From assembly GCA_902805775.1 (NCBI GenBank), contig CADCUB010000001.1, positions 30,234-94,233 of the forward strand: a DNA stretch of 64,000 bases, read 5' to 3'. Shown here piece by piece: positions 56,605 to 63,313 of the stretch; the stretch's first letter is position 1; the number at the start of each line of letters is the position of its first letter. The DNA is from an uncultured Frankineae bacterium (GTDB lineage Bacteria; Actinomycetota; Actinomycetes; Mycobacteriales; SCTD01). Under the pieces are notes generated by a model. The model searched no databases and was not told the DNA's origin. It worked only from the letters and a program-made list of their open reading frames with translations. The position numbers were made by a program, and so were the translations under genes.

Positions 56605-57537
56605 GTGCCCGACCGGACGGACCGCGACGACCCCCACGCCCCGGTGACCAACGTCGTCCGCACGCAGGACAGCACCGTGCAGACGCGGCTCGCCGTACCG
56701 CCGGTGCTGGGCTCGGCCCGCCCGGTCGACCCGACCGATGCAGGTGCGGAGGCGGTCGGGGACTCCGGCCTCCGGCTGGAGGCGGCGGTCGAGACCACCG
56801 CTCCCGACGTCCACCTGCCGGACATCGGCGCGGCGTCGTTCGGCGGCGCGGACGTCCAGCTGGAGACCGTCCACGGCAGCGACGACCGCAGGCAGGTGCA
56901 GGAGACGGCGCGCTACCCGTGGTCCGCGACCGCGTCGCTGCTCATCACGACCCGGGACGGGGCGCAGTGGATCGGCACGGGGTGGTTCGTCAGTCCGCGC
57001 ACGCTCGTGACCGCGGGGCACTGCGTGTACATCACCGGCAGCGGGGTCCCGGGACGCGACGGCTGGGTCCTGAGCATGCAGGTCCTGCCCGGCCGCAACG
57101 GCACGTCCCTGCCGTTCGGCGCCGTCACCGCCTCGCAGTTCTGGACCGTGCGCGGCTGGGTCGACGGCGGCGACGAGAACTACGACTACGGCGCCATCGT
57201 CCTGCCGTCCCCGCTGGGCGAGACCGTCGGCACCTACGGCTTCGCCGTCCTGCCCGACGACGAGCTGGCGGGACGGGTGCTCAACGTCGCCGGCTATCCG
57301 GGGGACCAGCCCCCCGGCACGCTGTGGTACGGGTCGCGGACGGTCGCGGCGCTGGGGCCGTCGAAGGTGCACTACGACATCGACACGGCCGGTGGCCAGA
57401 GCGGCGCGGCCGTCTACGTCATCGAGGACGGCAAGCGCCTGGGGGTGGCGGTGCACGCCTACGGCGGCCCGACCACCAACTCCGGGACCCGCATCTCGCC
57501 CGAGGTCTTCCGCAACCTCTCGGACTGGCAGGTGTGA
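56605..57537 (+). CDS. S1B (glutamyl-endopeptidase/V8-like) serine protease without signal peptide, operon gene 2
   Basis: GTG 56605 (GAGGAGG 5 nt upstream) within ORF 56269..57537. 310 aa. Catalytic triad contexts: TLVTAGHCV, NYDYGAIVL, DTAGGQSGAAV. The N-terminal region of about 95 aa is polar with no hydrophobic leader. Confidence 0.85.
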   Translation: MPDRTDRDDPHAPVTNVVRTQDSTVQTRLAVPPVLGSARPVDPTDAGAEAVGDSGLRLEAAVETTAPDVHLPDIGAASFGGADVQLETVHGSDDRRQVQETARYPWSATASLLITTRDGAQWIGTGWFVSPRTLVTAGHCVYITGSGVPGRDGWVLSMQVLPGRNGTSLPFGAVTASQFWTVRGWVDGGDENYDYGAIVLPSPLGETVGTYGFAVLPDDELAGRVLNVAGYPGDQPPGTLWYGSRTVAALGPSKVHYDIDTAGGQSGAAVYVIEDGKRLGVAVHAYGGPTTNSGTRISPEVFRNLSDWQV

Positions 57538-57595
57538 ACCGCCGCCGCCGCCGCCGTCGGCCGCCTCCCCTCGGCCGCGCCCGGGGAGCGGCGCC

Positions 57596-58657
57596 GTGCT
57601 GACCGACGACGAGCGCCACCTCGTCACCGCCGGCCTCCTGCGCGTCGTCGCGCTGGCCACCTCGCCACGGCAGACGCTCGTGGTGGCCCTGCACGAGACG
57701 CTGCAGGAGCGGCTCGGCGAGGGCGAGCCGCGCGTGCTCGTCGAGCGCGCTGTCGACCTGTGCCTGGAGGACGGCTACCGACAGGATCCTCCCGCCCTCG
57801 TGCACCTCCTGCAGACGCTCCTCGTCGCACTCGACCCCGAGGTTGAGCGGATCGCCAGCCGCCTGCGCGAGCCGCCGCCGGAGCTCGACGACCCCTTCGA
57901 CGCGGTCGTCCTCGTGAGCAAGCTGCCGTTCCTCGACCGGCAGTCGACGCGCGCCGCGCTGCGGCAGTTCCTGCAGCGGACGCCCCTGCAGCCGGTCGTC
58001 GTCGTCAACGGACCGGCACACGGCAAGACCTTCACCGGGGACTTCGTCGACCACGTCCTGTCCCCCTGGCCGAAGGTCCGGCACTGCCGCGTGCACCTCG
58101 AGGAGCGCCAGGGCGGGTCGACCGGCCCCGCCGAGCTCGCCTCGGACCTCGTCGCCACCATGGGCGGGAGTCCCGCGAGCGCTCCGCCCGCCAACACCAA
58201 CCTCGACCGCTGGGTCCAGGACCTCGTCAACTGGGCGCTGAGCGTGGCGAACGCGTCCGACTGCAGCTGGTGGTTCGTGCTTGACGGCTTCAACGCCGAG
58301 GAGCTGCGCCCCGACACCCAGCTGCTCATCGCCAAGCTGGCCAAGAGCCTGACCACCGGGGTGGCACGGGAGCGCCACCGTCTCGTCCTCACGGACTTCG
58401 ACCGGACCGTGCTGCCGCTGCAGCCGGGGCTCATCGCGGTGGAGACGACCGCCCCCATCCCCCGCGCCTCGGTGGCGACCGCGGTCGCCCAGGTGCTCTC
58501 GCGGGCGCCCGCGCCGGTGGACCCGGCGCCCGTCCTCGAGCGCGTGCTGCGGGACCTGGGCGATCCGGTCAGCGACCTGCGTGAGCTCGGCCTGCGGCTC
58601 ACCGACCTCATCGCGAGCGTCGGCGAGCCCCTGCCGGCCAGGCCCGGCCCGCCGTGA
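57596..58657 (+). CDS. N-terminal helical adaptor-like domain plus degenerate P-loop NTPase-like domain, operon gene 3
   Basis: GTG 57596 (GGGGAG upstream) within ORF 57392..58657. 353 aa. Walker-A-like VVVNGPAHGKTF has Asn in place of the first Gly. Walker-B-like WWFVLDGFN. The N-terminal 100 aa share the AVDLCLEDGY...LVHLLQ motif with genes 4 and 5. Confidence 0.78.
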   Translation: MLTDDERHLVTAGLLRVVALATSPRQTLVVALHETLQERLGEGEPRVLVERAVDLCLEDGYRQDPPALVHLLQTLLVALDPEVERIASRLREPPPELDDPFDAVVLVSKLPFLDRQSTRAALRQFLQRTPLQPVVVVNGPAHGKTFTGDFVDHVLSPWPKVRHCRVHLEERQGGSTGPAELASDLVATMGGSPASAPPANTNLDRWVQDLVNWALSVANASDCSWWFVLDGFNAEELRPDTQLLIAKLAKSLTTGVARERHRLVLTDFDRTVLPLQPGLIAVETTAPIPRASVATAVAQVLSRAPAPVDPAPVLERVLRDLGDPVSDLRELGLRLTDLIASVGEPLPARPGPP

Positions 58658-61536
58658 GCGAGCCGCCCACGACGACCGAGTCGCTGCTGCAGGCGCTGGA
58701 CGCGCGGATCGGCGCCCGGCAGGAGAGGGCCGCCGGCGCGCCGTCCCGCCGCACCTCCGTGAACCCCCTGCTGCAGGCGGCCGCGGTCCTGCACGTCTTC
58801 GACCCCACTGCGTTGCGGTCCGTGGGGACCGGTGGCTCCGCGTCGGACGCGGCCCTGGTCGAGGTGCTGCACGCGTCGGTGCCTGCGATCGGCTGGCGCG
58901 GCGCGGGGCTGCGCACCCTGCGGCTGCAGGTCCGCCGCACCGCCCTGCGCGAGCTGGGGTCGCGGACGGCCATGCGGGCGGCGCTCACGGCGAACCCGGA
59001 CCGGGTGCAGACCGAGCTGCAGCAGCAGTTCGAGCGGTGGCTGGGCGACGACGGGTTCGCGCTCGACCGCATGGCCTACGTCGAGCTGGAGGCGCTGCGC
59101 CAGCTCTACGACTGGGGTCTGGCGAGCTCCGACGGCGCCCTGCCGCCGGTCGAGCTCGTCGAGCGGGCGCGGGCCCGTCGCTCGACCGTCGCCGTCTTCG
59201 AGCACCTGGTCGACGAGGACTTCGTCGGCCGGGCGGAAGAGCTCGCGCTCCTCGAGGGACACGTGCGCTCGCCGGGCGGCGTGCCGCTGGTCATCTGGGG
59301 TCCGGGCGGCGCCGGCAAGACCGCCCTCGTGGGGCGCTTCCTCATCCGCTACGCCGAGGACCCGGAGGCCGGCTGGTTCCCCTTCGCCTACCTCCCCTTC
59401 GACTCCGAGACCCTGGACGTGCGTGAGCCGTTCACGCTGCTGCTCCCCGCCGCGACGCAGCTGGGCAACCAGGCGGGGGCCGCCCAGGGGCCGTCGGCGC
59501 CGACGGAGGCCGCGCGCCTCCGGGACGCGCTCCAGCGCTTCACCTCTGCCGTGGGCGACTACCGCGACCGTCGAGGGGCACTGCGCCGGCGGGCCAGCGA
59601 CGTCGAGCAGCGCGTCGCGCGGCTGGACAGCCTCTCGAGCGCCGACGTCGCGCTGTACGACGCGTTCGCCGACGTGCTCGAGACCGCCGCCGAGATCACG
59701 GTGCCGCCGTGGGACACGGTCCTGCTCGTGTTCGACACCTTCGAGGAGGTCGTCTACCGGGCAGCGGAGGACCTGCTCGGCTTCTGGTCGATGCTCGAGC
59801 ACCTGCAGCGCCGCCTGCCGCGCCTGCGTGTCGTCATCGCCGGCCGCGGCCGGCCCGACCCCGCCTCCACCGCGGCGATCCCCCTGCGCCAGGTCGTGCT
59901 CGGCGATCTGGACGAGGACGACGCCGTACGCCTGCTGGGCAAGCTGGGCGTCGACGACCCGGCCCTGGCACGTCGGGTGGCGCACCAGGTCGGAGGCAGC
60001 CCGATGTCGCTGCGGCTCGCGGCGAGCGTCGTGACCGCCGAGGGGGCCGGGGACCACGGCCTGCAGGGGCTGTCGGTGCACAAGATCGGACCCGAGCTCG
60101 TCCGCGGCCACCTCTACCGGCGGCTGCTCGACCACATCCACGACGAGGACGTCAGGGCGCTGGCGCATCCCGGCATGGTGCTGCGGCGGGTGACGCCGAC
60201 GATCATCGAGCGCGTCCTCGCGCCGGCGTGCGACCTGCCGGGCGTGTCGAGCGCTCGGGCGGTCGAGCTGTTCGAGGAGCTGCAACGGGAGCAGTCCCTG
60301 GTGAGCCTGGACAAGGACGGCTCGCTGCACTACCGGGAGGACGTCCGCCGCCCGGTGCTCCAGCTGCTGGCCCACGACGCGCCGGCCTCCGTCCGGCTGC
60401 TCCACGCCTACGCCGTGGAGCACTACCTGCACTCCGCAGCGCCCGCGCACCGGGCGGAGGAGCTGTACCACCGGATGATGCTCGCTCAGCCGCCGGAGCA
60501 GCTGGACGACCGCTGGCTGCCCGGCGTCGAGAGGTTCCTCGCCTCCGCCATCGAGGAGCTGCCCCTCGAGCAGCGCCGCTGGCTGGCCGGCAGGATGAGC
60601 ATCGAGCTGCCCGCGGAGGTCTACCGGCTGGCCCACCTCGGCGAGTGGGAGCGCCTGGTCGGACGCCGAGCGCTGCAGCTGCTGCGCTACGGGGGGCCGG
60701 CGGCCGTGCTGGACCTGCTGTCGGAACGGCCGGAACGGACACCGGGCAGCCCGTTGTCCGCCGTCGAGGCGCGGGTCCTGCTCGACCTGCAGCGGCCGCA
60801 GGACGCTGCTTCGCTGCTGGACGGGGCCCTCGCCGAGTTCCCCGCACTCGGCAATCCGGGACGCCTGGCCGAGCTGCTCTGGCTGCGCACGCAGGCGGCG
60901 GCGGTGCTCGGCGAGAGCTCGACGCGCCTCGCGCTCCTGCACCGGCTCGTCGACGTCACGGCCGGCATGCACTCGTCGCTGGCGCACGTCCAGGCCCTCA
61001 CCGAGCTGCTGGGGGCCCTGGACCCCGACAGCCGTCCCGACGCCGTGGGCGAGGCGGGGCGCGTCCGTCCGGCGCTCGCCCAGGCCCTGGGTCGGCTGAC
61101 GCAGGACGAGATCGCGACCGAGAGGTCACTGGTCCGCCTGGCGCTGGTCCGGCTCGGGCCGCACTACCCGTCGCTGGTGGCCCAGCTGGCGCCGCTCGTC
61201 CTGTTCGACCTGACCTACCTCGCCGACTCGGGCCTGGTCGACCTGCTCCCCGCCCTGCCCCGGGTCCGTGAGCTGCTCGCCGACCTGCTGCCGTCGGACG
61301 GCGCGCCCGCAGGCGACGGGCGCGCGACGGCCGGTGTCGTCGCCGAGCGCATCGTGTCGGCGCTCGCACGCAGGACGCGGGCGGAGGAGGGCGGAGCCCC
61401 GCTCGCGCGCCTCGCGGCGGGCGTCCTGCTCCTGCTGCGCGCGGAAGGGGCCTCCCTGTCGGGCTCCTCCCTCGCCGGGCTCGAGGACTACCGGGAGACC
61501 TGGGAGCTGGAGACGACACGAGAGGTGGCGGGCTGA
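58654..61536 (+). CDS. STAND-class P-loop NTPase (AAA_16/NB-ARC-like) with N-terminal adaptor-like region and C-terminal helical-repeat domain, operon gene 4
   Basis: 960 aa. GTG overlaps the gene 3 stop as GTGA. FVGRAEELALLEGHV...PLVIWGPGGAGKTALV is Walker A and VLLVFDTFEEV is Walker B. It continues with RVVIAGR, LGDLDEDDAVRLL, GGSPMSLRLAA, then about 450 aa of Leu/Ala-rich helical repeats. Confidence 0.88.
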   Translation: MSEPPTTTESLLQALDARIGARQERAAGAPSRRTSVNPLLQAAAVLHVFDPTALRSVGTGGSASDAALVEVLHASVPAIGWRGAGLRTLRLQVRRTALRELGSRTAMRAALTANPDRVQTELQQQFERWLGDDGFALDRMAYVELEALRQLYDWGLASSDGALPPVELVERARARRSTVAVFEHLVDEDFVGRAEELALLEGHVRSPGGVPLVIWGPGGAGKTALVGRFLIRYAEDPEAGWFPFAYLPFDSETLDVREPFTLLLPAATQLGNQAGAAQGPSAPTEAARLRDALQRFTSAVGDYRDRRGALRRRASDVEQRVARLDSLSSADVALYDAFADVLETAAEITVPPWDTVLLVFDTFEEVVYRAAEDLLGFWSMLEHLQRRLPRLRVVIAGRGRPDPASTAAIPLRQVVLGDLDEDDAVRLLGKLGVDDPALARRVAHQVGGSPMSLRLAASVVTAEGAGDHGLQGLSVHKIGPELVRGHLYRRLLDHIHDEDVRALAHPGMVLRRVTPTIIERVLAPACDLPGVSSARAVELFEELQREQSLVSLDKDGSLHYREDVRRPVLQLLAHDAPASVRLLHAYAVEHYLHSAAPAHRAEELYHRMMLAQPPEQLDDRWLPGVERFLASAIEELPLEQRRWLAGRMSIELPAEVYRLAHLGEWERLVGRRALQLLRYGGPAAVLDLLSERPERTPGSPLSAVEARVLLDLQRPQDAASLLDGALAEFPALGNPGRLAELLWLRTQAAAVLGESSTRLALLHRLVDVTAGMHSSLAHVQALTELLGALDPDSRPDAVGEAGRVRPALAQALGRLTQDEIATERSLVRLALVRLGPHYPSLVAQLAPLVLFDLTYLADSGLVDLLPALPRVRELLADLLPSDGAPAGDGRATAGVVAERIVSALARRTRAEEGGAPLARLAAGVLLLLRAEGASLSGSSLAGLEDYRETWELETTREVAG

Positions 61537-62633
61537 TGGCGACCGAGCAGCTCCCTGCGCAGCAGCTGGACGCCGTGCGCACCGCCCTGCTGGAGGTGCT
61601 GGGCTACGACGCCGCGACCCGGGGAGCGCTGCTCACGGGCCTGCCCGTGGCGGTGCGGGGACTGCTGCCCGGCGGGCAGGCCGCCCCTGCCATCGGGCTC
61701 GCGCTCGACCTCGGATTCCTGAACGGGATCGGCCGGCTGGCGGACGGCACCGTCCCGATCAAGGTCCTCCTCGAGCGCGCGGTCTCGCTCGCCGGGCCGA
61801 TCGAGGCGGCGGACGTCGTGCGCGACGCGCTGTCGGAGGTCGAGGCGCGGACGAGCGGGGCGCCGCCCGTGGTCGTCGCCGGACTGCCCGAGCTGAAGGA
61901 GGCGGTGGTCCTGCGCGACGACATGGTCCCGTTCGGCTTCCTGCACGGCGGCCTGGCCGCCGCGCGGGCGGTGGCCAAGCTGATGGTGACGCGGCACGAC
62001 GACGGCCGGCCCACGCTGGTCTCCGGCAAGCCCGTCGTCCACCTGGGCACCGGATGGCTCGTCGCTCCGGGTCTGCTCATGACCAACCACCACGTCGTCG
62101 CCGCACGGGCGCAGGGCGACGCTCCCCCGAGCGCGGCCGACCTGCGTGCGCAGGCCGTCGGCATGACGGTGCTGTTCGACTACGACGACGACGCCACCAC
62201 GGGCACCGCCGTCGAGGCGGTCGAGCTCGTGGCCGCCGACCCCGGTCTGGACTACGCGCTGGTGCGGCTGGCGGACGCGGGGCGCCCGCCGCTCACGCTG
62301 TCGACCGAGCCGGTCGCCGCCGTGAGCCCCGGCCAGGAGATCGCGATCAACGTCATCCAGCACCCCGACGGCCGGTCGAAGCGCTTCGCTCTCCGCAACA
62401 ACGTGCTCACGGCCGCCACGCCGACCGAGCTCCGCTACCTCACCGACACGCTGGGGGGCTCGTCCGGCTCGCCGCTGCTCGACGACACCTGGCAGGTGGT
62501 GGGACTGCACCGCGGCAGCACCTTCGTCAGCGGAGTGCAGTTCCAGGGCCGCAGGGTCGCGTGCGTCAACGTCGGCACCCCCATCACGGCGGTCCTCGCG
62601 CACGCCGGGCCCCACCTGCCGGGCCCCGTCTAG
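61536..62633 (+). CDS. N-terminal adaptor-like domain fused to trypsin-like (S1/DegP-like) serine protease, operon gene 5
   Basis: 365 aa. The ATG overlaps the gene 4 TGA by 1 nt. Triad contexts: LLMTNHHVV, GLDYALVRL, TLGGSSGSPLL. The N-terminal 110 aa are helical with ALDLGFLNGI...ADGTVPIKVLLERA. No signal peptide. Confidence 0.88.
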   Translation: MATEQLPAQQLDAVRTALLEVLGYDAATRGALLTGLPVAVRGLLPGGQAAPAIGLALDLGFLNGIGRLADGTVPIKVLLERAVSLAGPIEAADVVRDALSEVEARTSGAPPVVVAGLPELKEAVVLRDDMVPFGFLHGGLAAARAVAKLMVTRHDDGRPTLVSGKPVVHLGTGWLVAPGLLMTNHHVVAARAQGDAPPSAADLRAQAVGMTVLFDYDDDATTGTAVEAVELVAADPGLDYALVRLADAGRPPLTLSTEPVAAVSPGQEIAINVIQHPDGRSKRFALRNNVLTAATPTELRYLTDTLGGSSGSPLLDDTWQVVGLHRGSTFVSGVQFQGRRVACVNVGTPITAVLAHAGPHLPGPV

Positions 62634-62651
62634 GGAGCACCTGCCGGGTCC

Positions 62652-63191
62652 TCAGCTGCCGGCGGCGTCGGCCTTCCTGGCCAGAGCGTCGACCGCCGCC
62701 GCCAGGAGCACGGCCCCCACCACCGCCACCATGACCCTCACCAGGGACGAGGTCTCCAGACCGAGCGCGTCGAAGGCCGTGCTCGGCTGGATCATCGTCC
62801 ACAGCACGAAGGCCGCCGCAGCGATCGCGCCCCGCAGCAGGTGGAGGCCCTCCACGCTCTTCGCTCCCACGAGGTAGAGGCCGAACGCCAGCAGGACCAG
62901 GACGACGAACACGACGCGCATCTCGTCGGGCGCGGTGATGACGGTGGTCCGTCCCTCGCCCGTGCCCGACGTCGTCGTGCCGATGGTCATGGCGACCGCG
63001 TGCAGCCCGAGCACCTCGGCGGGCACGAGCGCGGTCAGCGCGTCCTGCCAGTGGCTGACGGTCCCGGTCGCAGTGCCGGCGATCGGAGCGCCGGACGTGC
63101 CGCCGGGCGCCGACTCGGCCATCGCGAGCCGTGACCGGGGGCTCGTCGCCTGTCGCCGGCGCGACAGCGACCCGTACAGCAAGGAGCTCAT
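62652..63191 (-). CDS. hypothetical integral membrane protein (3-4 TM)
   Basis: ATG 63191 (GGAGG 5 nt upstream) within ORF 62652..63224. TM segments include VVFVVLVLLAFGLYLVG, AIAAAAFVLWTMI and VMVAVVGAVLLAAAV. Convergent with gene 5 across an 18-nt gap. Confidence 0.65.
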   Translation of the reverse strand: MSSLLYGSLSRRRQATSPRSRLAMAESAPGGTSGAPIAGTATGTVSHWQDALTALVPAEVLGLHAVAMTIGTTTSGTGEGRTTVITAPDEMRVVFVVLVLLAFGLYLVGAKSVEGLHLLRGAIAAAAFVLWTMIQPSTAFDALGLETSSLVRVMVAVVGAVLLAAAVDALARKADAAGS

Positions 63192-63313
63192 GCGGACCTC
63201 CGTCGCACGTCGCTGGTCGGGCATCCATGCACGCGTGATCGAACGTCGTCAAGGGGTTACGCAGCGGGGTCGGCAGGAGTACCTTCCCCCACGCCGAGCT
63301 CTGGGGGGAGCAC

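Noticed and set aside
56605-57537. S1B protease as an ordinary secreted virulence or nutritional protease
   Set aside because: No signal peptide is present at any in-frame start, and the gene is embedded in an operon of cytoplasmic proteins. I therefore kept it as part of the candidate system. This remains an inference.
57538-57560. (CCG)n tract between operon genes 2 and 3
   Set aside because: It is a short simple-sequence run of five to six units in a GC-rich intergenic spacer. There is no evidence of function beyond possible slippage.
57775-60987. 1070-aa minus-strand ORF opposite the STAND gene
   Set aside because: The composition is dominated by R, A, G, P, Q and has no motifs, whereas the plus-strand frame has clear Walker motifs and normal composition. 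I treat it as an antisense shadow ORF.
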